Source: Oopsacas minuta (taxonomy: Eukaryota; Animalia; Porifera). From it: a stretch of DNA of 64,000 bases. The notes under the pieces are model-generated. The model searched no databases. It was not told where the DNA came from and worked only from the letters and a program-made list of their open reading frames with translations. Of this stretch, positions 25,142 through 39,009 are shown one piece after another. A program made the position numbers and the translations under genes. The stretch is from assembly GCA_024704765.1 (NCBI GenBank), contig JAKMXF010000304.1:273909-337908 (forward strand). The letters run 5' to 3'. The first letter of the stretch is position 1. Each line of letters begins with the position of its first letter.

Positions 25142-26455
25142 CTTGGGGCATTGAAAATGTTCATCCCTTAGTTTATTGCAGCAAAGCTCTACTCGAATAC
25201 ATGAGATACATAGTATATCCTAATAATCCTATCGAGTGCATACTTAATGCTGTTGAGGAATTCACTCTAGATAATATGTATCTTGATCTATCCTACTTAC
25301 AATTTTACCTATTTTCTAAAGTCAATTTTTCATGGGTCGAAAACACATATCAAGCAAAACCGAATAACGAGCTTACATAAAGATTCGCACCGTAGTCAGT
25401 CGCAAACCACTTCAGACACATGAGGATCTAGTCACCGTTAAGCATGGGGAAGCTTTAGCGTAGCCCACTGTAAAGAAATGGGCATGTAATTCAAGGCTGA
25501 TAGGGGCAGCATTGAAGATACCCCTCGGACCGGAAGACCAACTTCCGCTACTATCACTGAAATTGCCTCTGAATTCTGGAACTATTGGATATTGAACACC
25601 ATTTGAGCGTTGAAGAGATCGCACTAATCCTGAACATCTCATCGGGAAGTGTTCATACAATTCTACACCAGTATCTCGAATATCGAAAGATTTCAGCGCG
25701 ATGGATACCAAAATTCTCACAAATGGGCAAGAAGAGAAGAGGTTTTCATGCGCAAAAAAATTGCTTGAAGAATATAGAGATTGTGATTCTCGAAGATTAT
25801 ATGAAATCGTTACTAGTGACGAAACTTGGATGAAATTTTCTGAACCTCTGCGTAAGGAACAAAGCAAATCTTGGATCCCAAAAGGTACTTATCCCCCAAA
25901 AAGGCACGTCCAGAAGGTTCTCTACAGCATATTTTTTGATGCGTATGGGCCAGTGGCTCAAATACCTGTGCCCAAAGGAGAACGACTCAATGGAGAATGT
26001 TATACAGATAAAAGTCTGAGAAAAGTCGAGGAAGTCTATAAAACACGACGTCCGTGAACAGGAACTCGAGGGATCAAAGTCTCCATGATAATGCCAGGCC
26101 TCATGTTTCACAAAACGTTGGGGAGGTCATCGAGGGTATCGGGTTTGAAACGATGGAACATCTTCCGTATTCCCTAGATCTATCACCTTGTGATTTCGGG
26201 CTATTTCCTGAATTAAAAACCATCTCAGAGGACGGATATTTCATACCTGAAAAGAGCTAGGAAATGGGATTATGAATTACCTCAATTCAGTGGACAGAGA
26301 CGAGTATAAAAAAACATTTTCGAAGTGGGTTGAAAGGCTACAACTATGCATATATGTAGAGGGAGTATTTCGAACATTTTATTTAGAAATTTGATAGTAA
26401 TTTCTTGTAGTGTCAAGATATTTAACAAAGATAGGAACTTTATGAAGGCCCTAAG
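25142..26455 (+). mobile_element. mariner full-length defective element
   Basis: Diverged TIRs CTTGGGGCATTGAAAATGTTC / GAACTTTATGAAGGCCCTAAG (16 of 22 match) with TA flanks. CDS from 25332 with ISARWIP, TSDETW, LHDNARPH and YSLDLSPCDF. Confidence 0.88.
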
Positions 26456-29400
26456 TAATTGCAATAAATTCAAAATGGCGATGTTAATATTCAAAAATCA
26501 TAGGTATACAAAGAACATAAGTGTAATTTTGGTTGCCTTTTGGTGTGGCTCGAGAGTATCGAATATTAATCCGATTATGTTTAGCCTAATTAATATAAAG
26601 AATATACTAACTGGTAACGACTAGTAATTATAAGTTTCACGACTTTGAATGGAAGGGACAGATGTCAGAAATTGTTATTTCTACCCAAATTAAAGTAATA
26701 ATTTCGAAAGTCTAGTGATTAAAACCAACTGTTATATTTTCATAGATACTCGAGAATTTGAATAAACTGTGAATAAAATTCAGGGCAATCATATATATCA
26801 AAATATGATATGGCATATGTAAAGTACATAGAATTTATTATTAACAACAAAAATGCATTTTCGAAAATAGAATTTCAAATTTCCCAAGCATTTGCAATAA
26901 CTCATTGACTTATTTTAACAAAAAACTCAGATTTCTAGCAAATCAAGCATTCAGAAAACAGATATAATGAAATCGAAACATATTAAACAAGTCAAAAATA
27001 TCAATATTTCAGTCTAATTCCGAATGTGGATAAATTTTGTGATTGTAAATCCATTAAAATTTGAATAGAAATCTTTGCAAAATTGGAGCATTATTCTGAC
27101 ACATTCGCTAAGTAAGCAATTTATGAAGTCATTTGGTCTCGAAATAGTATAAATGGATAGATTGAGTGTGGTGTCAAGTATTAATAATAAAGTCATAGTG
27201 CATAACTCAAAAGTTACTATAATAGGTGCTTCGATCCTAAAACTCATCCTACAGTTAATTCCAACTCTTTGCCAGTCACAAGTCAGTGTGTTCAAAAGTC
27301 AGTGATGTAGTATAATAATTTGATCAAATCAGGAACCTCGAGAGATATCAAAACCATTCAAACTCATGGACAAATAGTATTAAATATTCGGAAAAGTTTT
27401 GAGAATGGAAGGTTGACACATTCCTGAAAGAGTATTGCGATGTTATATAAATTTTCGAAATACCGTCAAGTGGTCACCTAAACGACAAGTAAACTTACAA
27501 TGATTACAAAAATGATCATAAAAATGTGAGGTGGCTTCAAATCATAGAAGATAAATCATATTTTATACATTTTCTAGTGCAATCTGCTGGATATACAAGA
27601 TTTCCCAGAAATTTCCCATTAGGTCCAAAGAATGAAAACCCCACCATTGAATAGCTGAGAAAACTTCATTTTCAAAGATATCATATCGAAATATTTATAT
27701 ATATAACCGAGGTCAACCAAAAATACAAAAGGAACACTAATTAGATTATCTCAAAATGTTAAACAATTTGAATGAGAAAATATGCCACAGAAGTGGAATC
27801 CGCGTATTGTGTCAGATCAAAAATTATATATAGAGATGTATACGGACTATGCGAACGGTACATATTGGAAAATTCGATTTTAAACTAATATCACGAATAC
27901 TTGTTGAGCACCGAGCAGTACCTATTAATGTGATTCTCCCTGATCCAAAAAGAGGCCAAGTAAGTCATATTTACGTAAGGATAGGTGGTCAAGAGATGAA
28001 TTAAACCTGAGTATGGACAAAAATGCTCAGGTATATCAAAATCAGCAGTAGAGTCCTCCATTTTCTTCAATCATTTGTGGAATTTATGGATAAGAGCGCG
28101 CTTCGCAACAGAAGGCAGTAATCTTAGCATGTCATTGGTCGGAGTTATCTTAAGTAACTATCCATAAAGCTTTACTCACAAAGCGACGGGAAATACTCGC
28201 CGCAAAGTGCCTTGAATTGAAATAAAATAGGAAATTTGAGAATATATTACCCATTGTCATCCAGATAACGTATAATGGTATATTGTTGTGGCATAGGAGT
28301 TGCTATATGCCATTATCCAAGCAAGGCCCAAAATATTCAGCAGGAGAAAATCAGCCTTTGGGTCTTGTACCTTCTGAAAACGATTCGAGACCATCGTATT
28401 TGCATGTATAGGAATTGTGTTAATTACTGATAAATTCTACTAGTAATTGATGACTGTATCCAAACACCAAAACTCGTTATGCTCGGATAAGCTGCAAGGA
28501 AATGTCCGAATTTGGGTCATTATATAGAGTTATAATTGAATAAGTAGGATAATGAGCAAATACAATATTCAACCTGATGGATCAATGTGACTTCAAATTT
28601 GGATTAAATTGGACAATCAATAAGCATTTAATGAAAGCAAATGATAACAATGCAATACTTATGTCAGACGAACATGAAATCATAAGAGTAATTAACTTTA
28701 TGACATCAAACAATACTATTGAAAAAGAATATGAAGCCTAAATCTGCTAAAAGCCATAATAAAAACGAAAATGATACAACGAAGAATTCTTGGGAAGTTT
28801 TCAAATCCCAAATAAAATTTCGTAGCACTTCAGATCTAGCTCCTTGATGAATAAAATGAATATATTTAATTAGAGGAATTCTAACTATGTACTGAAGAAT
28901 TTGATGAGTTCAGGAAACAAATACCCAATTTAACGAAAGAAACATGAGTAACTAAATTGCATGAAATTTTGAGTTTTCTTATAAAGGGGACAGGGCCAAT
29001 TATCTTAAAGATACACCATAAAATATATTTTCCCAAATTCTAGTAGAACATCAGCCTATGGTCATATTTCACAAGCTAATGTCACAATAGTAATATCTGA
29101 CTATATAACTTTCCATTTATCATTTTTGCTAGAGGCCAGACAAAGGTTTGACCAGTGTGAAATAGTGTCACATGGTGTCCGATTTATTAGCAAAAGGAAG
29201 AAGCACACTTGACAAAATATCTACAATACTTCTCACACCATATATCATCTTAATTCTATCCAATTTGGTTACAGGGGCTTTTACAGAGAAAAAAATGAAA
29301 AAATAATAAAGGCAACCATTTCAATACTGAGCCACTATACTAAAGTATAGTCCGCACAGTAATAGATATTTCAATGAACTTTATTGGAACCTTCCCCACA

Positions 29401-32400
29401 AAGTGAAATTCATGTTAATGGTGTAAGTACATAAAGTGTCCCTTTCCCCCTTTCTAAATATTAGGCCCTGTTTCTATGGAATGAACGAATAGGGAACAAA
29501 ATTGTCCCGAGTATGGGAGTCCTCCATATATCAAGACCACGCTTATAGAAGTTGCACTGTTAGACTTCATAATATTCAATGAATAAATTAAGATCGGAGG
29601 GCCCAATTTCAAATCATATAGTAATTCTAAAAACCCCAACCAAATGGTGTAAAAGTTGGTGTGTGACAAGATATCACAGGTTATTACATCTGTGAAAGTT
29701 GCGTATGAATCTCTAATTTATGTTTCGAGTAATTTTGAATTATTGAATTCCGACATGAAATTCCCTATATAGAAAAGTAGCCAATAGATTACAAATGAAT
29801 ATAACACGCAAATGTTTGGCAATGACTAGGCAAAAATCTCTTCTGATGTGAATTAGTGTATGAGCAATTCAAAAGAGTTGATATAATCTCCGAAAGCTGG
29901 AACGGGGAGTGAGAGCGAAAGCCAAACCGCAACTGAGACGTAGGCCCCGGGATATTATTGGGCTCAGTTTTTCGGTTGTACAATGTCTGTTTTGCAGTTG
30001 AATTATAGAAAAATTCATGGACCCCTCAAATGTTTATAGTGAATTATAGACAAATCCGTTACTTACTCTTTAAGCGCTCAAATTGAAAATCTAGAAATTC
30101 AGCTACCTGCAAACGAGATCGACCCTAAGGACTCATTTGATAACTAGAATCATTCAAAAGTCATCACGTTTTGTCATGATGAGTACATCGCCATTTTTAC
30201 AATTGAATATCTGGCTGAACCACTATGCAGATTCGAGATAGGCTCAGATAATGTATTATCAGTGTAAATATATTGACCCAAAGGAACCTCTTGAGTACTT
30301 ATATCATAACATAGTTAGACATTTCTTCATTATGAGTTCATCGACAAATATTGCAATTGAATACCTGGTGAAATTTCTTATGTAGATTGGAGATAGACTC
30401 ATACAATAACCCAATAATGTCGGGGAAAGGAACATGTATGACGTCAAAAAGGTGCTGAAATCTCGATTCGAGTGGGGGAACTGGTTAAAACGAAGTGAGG
30501 AAATTATCATATTCCTTTTAGTTATGAAAGTAACACTTCGAAAGTAATCTGTTATAGTAGAGAAATTTTGAATATTGCTGTGTCATGAAGAAGTCAATTT
30601 GGGCGCATTTGGCGGCATTGACATAGCAAAAAGAGAGGCCATAGGCATTCCAGGCTCCTTCTAAAATGAGAGAGCTTAGTACACAAAGTTTTTGCGGAAA
30701 ATTAATTCCCAAATCTAATCGAAATTAAGTCTACTCATAGTTAATTTTCTTGAAAAATCATGGTTGAAGAAAAATTGAAAATAGTCGATAGGATTTTAGA
30801 AACCAAAATTTATTGCAATTTCTTGATCTTTGACGTAAACCTAGTTGGGTGTCATAATTTAATGAACAAATTTCAAATTAAATACAGATAGTTTCCAAGT
30901 GTCAAAACTGGTAAAAAACAGGCGGAACACCGGTATTGCTCGCAGTTATGAAAAGTTCATTCTATCACTTTGTATAATTTCAGTGACAAATATCAACAAT
31001 AAATTTCTATTAAAATTCCAACACAATGAAAATAAAATTTTGGCGAATTTCCCAAATTATGGATTTCGTTGCACAAAGGCAGTAATTTAAATCAATTGCA
31101 CTTAGCTGTATATTGCGACGAGAGCTTCATCTAAAGTTATGTAACCCGAGCAACCTATGTGAATTCCATAAATTTATTATAATAAATGACAGCTGAATCA
31201 AATTCAATTGGATAATGGAAGGCACAGTGTGTCATTGCACAGTACACACACATGGTAAGGTTGGAATATTTCAAATATTATATCTTATAAATTAAGACTT
31301 TGAAATATTGATGTGGAGGACCGGATTTCGTAAGAAAAGCTTGCAACAATACAATTACTGTACAAAATGGAAAATTCAATATTCTATATTCAGTAGAAAG
31401 TGGAATAGAAAAATGAAATGCCGCAAAGCAAAATTACACGGATTTATCAGAATGCTGGAGAAGTCTTGAGAAATTTTAGTTAATTAATGTAGCAAAAAAT
31501 GCAGGTTGTTTTCATCCAAAATCTGCATCCAAGGTTTGGGCTAGGTATTCAGAACATTTTACAATTAACAAATAAAACATAAATATATGAATAATTTTCG
31601 AATCTTCACAGAGTTATGACCAAAACTTAAAATGTGATACCTAAAGAGCAATTCATAATGGCAAATTGTGAAAGCATGTGAATGATAGAAGTTATCAACG
31701 AGGTTGCTTAGGCTCGATATACAATACACTGATAATATGTATAATGTGTCTATCTCGATTGTAGGTAGCAAAATTTTAGTGGGTCATTCTTGGTGATATA
31801 AAGAGAAACAAATTATTCAGAGGAAATCTGTTATCAAATTCGTAATTGTGGTACTTTTTGATAAATCAGTATTTAGATTTCGATCATATACTCACTAACA
31901 TTTTTGAAATTTCCAACTCTGTGTGACTTAGTGAAACCCATCACCAAATATATAAGTAGTTAATGAAGGAACTACTTATCATTCTATTGTAAAACGAGGT
32001 TTATGGCCTAGAAAATGTTGCTATCATGCAAACAGTAGACAAAATGGAAATAGACGAACCTCACTGTATATGATAATTAAGTTCTAAGTGAAAATTGGTA
32101 ATACATACAAACAGGCATTTTGATGTGCAATATGAATGCGTTAAACAAAGGGAGAAGCAACTAAAGTGATGTTTCTCAAATCACCAGAAACGTGTTAAAT
32201 TTCTATACAAATAAACATTAGCGATCAGCAAAAACAAGCGAGTCATACTAGGATAACTTCAGAATATAGAATAATGTAATGTAAATATGCATATGTAGTC
32301 CTGCGTATTGTAGTTTTACTACCATGAAAGTTTTAATAATTCTTAATTATGACTTGCTAAGCATAAGTTCCTAATACACGACTAAGTTTTCCTTCTATGA

Positions 32401-32458
32401 TATTGATATTGCTGTACTATTGACATTTTTGGGACAATTGATATCGCCTAGGACCTTA

Positions 32459-33757
32459 CAGGGTGTCTAATAAGTTCGGTCCTCAATGTTTTTGCATGCC
32501 ATATTATCTATATTAGACCAATTTGGTTGATATTTTACAAACTGACAAAATATTTAGTAATAAATTGTTTAGTAAAGTGTTTAGTCAATATATCCTCCCT
32601 TTTGAGAAATTACAGCCTGTAGCCGCGTCCTAAAGTTCCCTACTACATTTCGCAGCTCATATTGTGGTATTTTCTGCCATTCACGCTGAAGGGAGAGCTT
32701 CAGAGAGTCCAAACTCTTGTGAGGTTTAGCACAGGCACTTGCCTCCAGGTTAGCCCAGACGCTAAAATCGAGAGGATTCAAATCTGGACTAGATGGGGGC
32801 CATTCGTCTTCGCTAATAAACTCGATTTTTCTTGCCCTTAACCAGTCTTGAGTGCTTTTGGGTGCATGTGCAGGGCCTGTTGAAAGATCCAAGTGTTATT
32901 TATAAATAAATTTTGCCCAGCTACACTGATGTCTTGTTCCAAAATCAATTCTTGGTATGTCGCAGAGTTGATTTTGACCCCTTGGGGGATAGAAATCAGA
33001 TTTGTCCGTGCATTTGCGGACACACCACCCCAGACCATCACAGACATTGGCTTCTGCACTCTATCGATGTATTTCAGGTTTTCTGAGATTGCTGTGGAAC
33101 TGGTAGCAAGAATCCGATCATTTTGTCTGTTCCAAACCTCTTCAATCATGAAAATTTTCTCATTTGAGAAGAGGATCTGGTCTTGGACCCCAGGAACAAA
33201 CTGCTGAAGAAGTGCTTCGATCTAGCCAGCCTCTTAGTCCGAATACTCGGGTTAAGGTGGTGTACCTTCTTTCTTCTAAAATATTTAAGCCCTAGATATT
33301 CAACTACTAGCTTTCGCATCATTTCATGCTTAACCGATAACTCACGGGCCATTTTCCTGATGGATCTCCGGGGATTCCGAGAAATTCGGCAGTGGACTTT
33401 GTTTTTCAAGGCTGGAGTCCTTACAGACCTTGGACAACCGGATCTAGGTTTGTCACTCAAGCTTCCAGTATCCTTAAATCGTTTTATGGTATGATATATT
33501 AGCTTAGGTGAAACCTTCCATTTTTTAAATTTGAAATTTCCTTTTTTGAGCTACCTATCTCGAAAAGTGCGATAATTTTGGACCTAATTTTTTAGCCATT
33601 ATTTTCACAAGTGTAAATAATATTATGTAGAGCCTATTATAGCGTTAGAAAGAGCCGAAAAAGTGTTACAAATTATGCATCTAAAACTGCTTGTGTGTTC
33701 ATACGTAACTATACAATGAGATGTGATTTATGAGGACAGAACTTATTAGACACCCTG
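32459..33757 (-). mobile_element. maT (DD37D) Tc1/mariner element, full-length defective
   Basis: 27-bp TIRs CAGGGTGTCTAATAAGTTC(G/T)GTCCTCA with one mismatch and TA on both sides. Remnants DKPRSGCPRS, VMVWGGVS and WPPSSPDLNPLDFSVW; 37-residue D2-D3 spacing after restoring the frameshifted D2. Confidence 0.95.
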
Positions 33758-34130
33758 TAGAAGCGTTTAAATGAATTTCAGGATAAGAAATTTCCACCAA
33801 ATCAGGACCATACAATGGTTATTCAATTGGTACTATACTCGACTCTAACTGATAAACAAGATGGCAGACTCTAAATCGAATATTGAAAATATAAATTACA
33901 AGTACGGCCATACATAAACACATTAAAAATATTTGCTTAAGAGATAATAATAAATATCAACCAAAATATATGTAATCGTTGAAAAATAATAAAATCGTTG
34001 TGAACAAATAGCACAACTGTCATGGTAGTAAGATAATCATACTAACTAGAAGAAAATCAAGTGAAGAAATTATACTGACACTAAGTAAATCACGATGTTA
34101 AAATTCAGTTTACAATTTATGAGTCACACC

Positions 34131-34145
34131 GGTTGAGAACCACTG
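34131..34145. mobile_element. Orphan hAT Buster-type right TIR
   Basis: GGTTGAGAACCACTG, the same family as the 2216-3112 element. No partner end identified. Confidence 0.5.
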
Positions 34146-34330
34146 GTCGTAAGTCTAAATTTAGTGGAATTTGAATTAATAGAAACTAGTCAGACACAAA
34201 AATTGTGTCCCATTAGCAAACTATCAGTTACGTAGGTAATATATCGTCGGTATATACATCAGAAAGAAACAGTGGCTTATGATACAGGGCCGGATCATGC
34301 AAGTCCCACTGGAAATTGCTTACTGATTAC

Positions 34331-34537
34331 CTTTACTCTAGTGGAGTGATCATCTTTCAAATTTGAACCAGATGAAAATGAATCCACAAAAGAAGAAAAA
34401 TTTGACAGAGCATTCATTTTCTTCCGAGCGATTCGTATCTTAATTTTAAGAATATCAGAATCTTTTTGCAGGGAAGATATTTCATTTGAGATAACTGAAA
34501 TATTGTCCATAGGATCAGACTCATTAGTAGAAATAAT
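34331..34537 (-). CDS. DUF4140/DUF4139 (F37C4.5-like) host gene, exon 2 (coiled-coil region)
   Basis: Acceptor TTTTTCTCTAG and donor GTAATC; 207 bp, 69 open codons, phase 0/0, which fits exons 1 and 3. Reads ISNEISSLQKDSDILKIKIRIARKKMNALSNFSSFVDSF. Confidence 0.7.
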
Positions 34538-37500
34538 CTAGAGAAAAATATTCACAAAGTAAAATAAATATTACTCATTATGCATAAATACACCTTTTCC
34601 TGTAAAGCGGAAATAGAAATATTTTGTCCAAATGTTTGCATTAATGATAGACAAAATAATCCGATAAAACAAAAGAGTTAGATGACATAATATCCGATTT
34701 CGATTATATCATCAATCCTAGCCTTAACTAAAATTCCTGCAATCGTAATCATTCTAATAATTGGTGTTAAAAAATAGAAATTAAGGACATAAGATCAATT
34801 AATTTTAAATACACTCCAATAGAGATAAATATCCATTAATGGCAGTAAGAGACGGTCCGGTTAGTCAGGTTTCAACCGGAGCAACACTCGGTCTGCTAAT
34901 ACACATTGTATTAGTCAATCCGACCAATTTTTGGTAGCACAATGTATTTTGTATAGGTCAACCAGAACAACAGAACAATGCTTACTACTGACCTGCCAAT
35001 TAGGATCCTATGGGCAGAGATCCACACATCGATATCGAATAAACACAATAATTGTATTAACTTGGAAGCCAAAGGTAATCGCAATCATAATCATAATCGT
35101 AGTAGCTAGAAAGTTAAATATCGTAATGGTAATTAATTTAATATCTATAAGAAATCCTTCAATGGAATGGAATATGTTAACGGTTTGAGACGAGGAATGA
35201 CCGCTACCTAAGAGAATTTTTCTTGTCTTCTCCGATGTATTCAAACGCAAGATCTAACCAAGCTAAAATTTCAACAAATTTAAGTCACACAATGATTTAT
35301 CAGCTTGAATTTTCGATAGCGACGCAGAAACTCCTCAAAAACAACCAAACGCTATATCCTTAAATACTAACGTATCAAGTGAAACCCTGTTCGACTTCGC
35401 ACGATCAATATTAGTCTAGTGTTAAACAAATGAAAACTCTATAAATCTAAGAATATCTGATATGTCCCTACTCACTGTGGCATGATAGTAAACTGTTGGT
35501 ATCATTAATCAAAGAATGTCTAGCCGAAAGGTTGGGAGTGAATCTCGTGATACTCTCCTATTAATCATTCTATCACAAATAATTAGGATTTGGAACAAAA
35601 TTTTTAATATGACTTGAAATTGATCTAAAGAGTTGTGAAATATCACATAAAATCATGCTCATGGTGAGTATGGAATTACAACATTAAAAATTCTATGATC
35701 TTAGCATTCCCAGTTGTATATAAATGTATAGAAGAACATTGTGTAGCTTGACAAATACTATATACATAGTCTACTCTCGTTCATACGAATACAGATAAGG
35801 ATAATAGAAAACATAAGTTAATATGTCCGATTCGTGGTTCACATTTCGCGATTATAGAATAATAAAACTACATCCGTTCGGATAATACGAACGCGAAAAT
35901 ACAATAAGTATAATCAATAAACGGTAAACAAACTTGATTAATACGAACACGGGTAACAGGTATACGGTTAATAAGTTGACTGCCGACTGTGAGATATCTC
36001 TTAATTTTCTCTTTACATGAATGCCACCTACGTGTCACTCGTAAAGTTTTACCAGATAATAAATTGATTCTTATTTACGTTGACACACTAAATGTATCTT
36101 AGTCGGCTGTAAACAAGCCCAGCTACTTAGTCCGGCTACCCTTGCTAATTATAGTAACAAACAAACAAATATAGTGAAAATATTAAGAAAAAATATGGAG
36201 AATACCAAAATTTCAGATAAAATGTAGCATTTTCAAAAACAACAATATCATCAATGACAAAGTTAGTGATAACGAGAAAATGAGGTGGCACCAGGAATGG
36301 GAACAGCAAATTTGGCTGGTAATCAAAGGGTTAATAAGAACCAGACATGGGCAGAGACGATATATTTAATTTAATACATATACAAATAGAAATTTGAGAT
36401 AACACATTGTATCATCCATCATGATTAAAGGAAGAGAATAATAAAGTATAAATATAACTTGACACATATTCTGGAGAATGAGTCGAAATAACTGAAGGGC
36501 ATAGCCACCTTTGATAGTGCTCAAATTCAACAGATATCGTAAAAACAAATACTGTGGGGTATATCTATTTCGAAGTTTTATTCTATCTACATTTTCGTGG
36601 GCCCTTTACTAACTAATTAGGCTTAAAATAGAAGCAAGAATATATAGATAGTAATCATAACATAACTTACAGTAAATACATCCAGCTATAGTTATCAAAA
36701 TATTCAACTGTATTTTGATATGCATCATCAATTAGAAGATCATGGATCCTTTGATTGATGATCATTAATAGTCTAGTACTTTCCAAGTTGATATTAATCG
36801 TGTGCGGATTAATCTTTTTCATATATACCGTTGGGTCAAATACGAATTATCATTTACAAACTGAGAAATACATATAGTTCTATTAAAACAACTGATAGGC
36901 ACGAATATTTCTACTGTTTCTAATGGATCATTGAGTTACAATATAACTCGATTAGTATGTAATTCTCTCCTTTAGGGATTTCATTTTGCAGAATTAGATA
37001 GGAAGAATATACGGATAAGAACATGATTAATAGGAATTCCGATTATTAGTTCCTCTGTTTAGCATGTAGAATTATGCATTCCTCACAGGTAAATGCGTGA
37101 AAATAATTAATTAGGGCGGAAGCAAAGGTTATCATTGAGTATAATCTTACTCAGGATTAAGAGACAGTTTCACCAGTTGCAGTCACACTCCAACGAGATA
37201 CATATGTCACTCGACGTGATTTATGACCCAATATATCAATTAACAAAGACCCACGTCAGCTATGGGTCAATACTGATAACTAACGCAATAAATTCTCAAA
37301 ACGAATACAATTATATACGAAGCGTTAAATTTTAAGCATCATTGACTAAGGGTGTATAATGTAACATAACAGCCCATGTTTTTTGTACTGTAATTGTTTG
37401 ATTGAGGAGGGATCATATTTTAGGAAATTTGCCTAGCATAACATTTTGCAAATATACATTCGAAATTCTTCTCCAACTAACATTGCAAATAGATAAGAAG

Positions 37501-37797
37501 AATAAAGATATTTTCCAATAAGATTATGCAATAGCGATATGTTAGGAATCATTAGAGGTATTAGAATCATTCGATCAAAGATTCTAAGATCCAGATCTAG
37601 ATCCTTTGATCGAAAGAGGATCGTCGATCCACGTAAATAGTAAGATCGTAACCTCGTTCGATGGATAAGCTTTTCAAAAGATCAAGATCAATTCCAATTA
37701 TAAACAAATATGTAATAGTGCTGTATTCAAAAGTAAACTGACTATAGTGCAAAGATCATTACCAGCTCTCAATTCAATCCATGCTTGCGTTAAATTA

Positions 37798-37976
37798 CAG
37801 TAGAACTCGGATAAGACGAGTTCATTAGGTAAACCAAAATTAAACCAAAATTAGTACGTCAAACCTGAAGTATGTTCTGCCCGAATATTTAAAATATATA
37901 ATTGTGCAAAAAATGAAAAAATCCGTATTCAGACAAGTATATACTAATCAAGAGTACGTATTAGACGAACTCTATA
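37798..37976. mobile_element. pogo/Tigger-like MITE remnant
   Basis: TA|CAGTAGAACTCGGATAA left end; degenerate right end TTAGACGAACTCTATA. Confidence 0.45.
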
Positions 37977-38180
37977 TTAGCTCAATGATCCACCATCCCA
38001 GGAAAAGTCGGTAAGTAGAAATATATGAAAAGATGTGAAAAAAGCAAAAATAAATTCCATAAGTAATTTATGGAAATCAATGTGTTTCAAGGGATCGCTA
38101 AATATGACTTCCCACTCCCAAAAACTAAATTTCATATGTTAAAGTCAACTGATGTCAACCTATATGATTAAATCACAATT

Positions 38181-38209
38181 GTTGTTTGTTTGTTTGTTTG
38201 TTTGTTTGT
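38181..38209. repeat. (TTTG)n microsatellite
   Basis: Direct reading of about 6-7 TTTG units. Confidence 0.9.
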
Positions 38210-39009
38210 CCGTTGTCAAGGAAAGGATTTAGGCTATGCAATCTTGAAATTGACGCATTACTAAGTATTTATCGTGTTTTCAAAGATGCGAACAGAATTC
38301 AATAAAACTTAATTAAATATCGAACAAACTGAATCCGATTTTCACTCTTTTGGATTAATCATATCTAAATGATAACTGTCTTTATGAATAATAAATTAAC
38401 CTCATCTCAAAATATTTGTACAGGCTTGCTCCAAAGGCCTAGAGAGGGGTAACTAAGTACGCTGAATCCGATTATCGCATTTCAAGTTTTACTGTCCGAC
38501 TATACTTAAGTATAGTGGTCCAGTATTAAAATGATTGCATATATTATATTTTGCCTTTTTTAATATTATTTTTCCTCCGTGAAAGCCCTGCAGCCAAAAG
38601 TGGACAGAATTAAGGTGATATATGATGTGAGAATTATTGTAGATATTCGTCGGGTGTGCATCCCTCCCTTTGCTAAGCAATCGGACACCACGTGTCACTA
38701 TTTCACACAGGCCAAAGTTTAGTCTGGCCTCTAGCAAAAATTATGAATGGAGAGGTGCCAAAATTTTCACACCTTTCGAAAGAGAAATATTCTACACCAT
38801 CGGATTCTTCTAGAATTATTATATTGGTTATAGCTTTTTGACGAAAGTAAATGAAAATTATCTTTATAGCACTATGCCATCGGTAATAAACCGAAAAATT
38901 GGGAAGTAAAATTTAACATTATAGCTACTCCGTATGAAATACATTGATCATTGTTAAACAATTATTCGGTTAAAAGTAATAATCTTAAAAAGAATACTGA
39001 ACTCTTTAA

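Noticed and set aside
25048-25380. 110-aa ORF as a host gene
   Set aside because: It reads across the left TIR and 5' UTR of the mariner at 25142.
33903-33914. 5S rRNA start (TACGGCCATAC)
   Set aside because: Only about 11 nt match, with nothing downstream.
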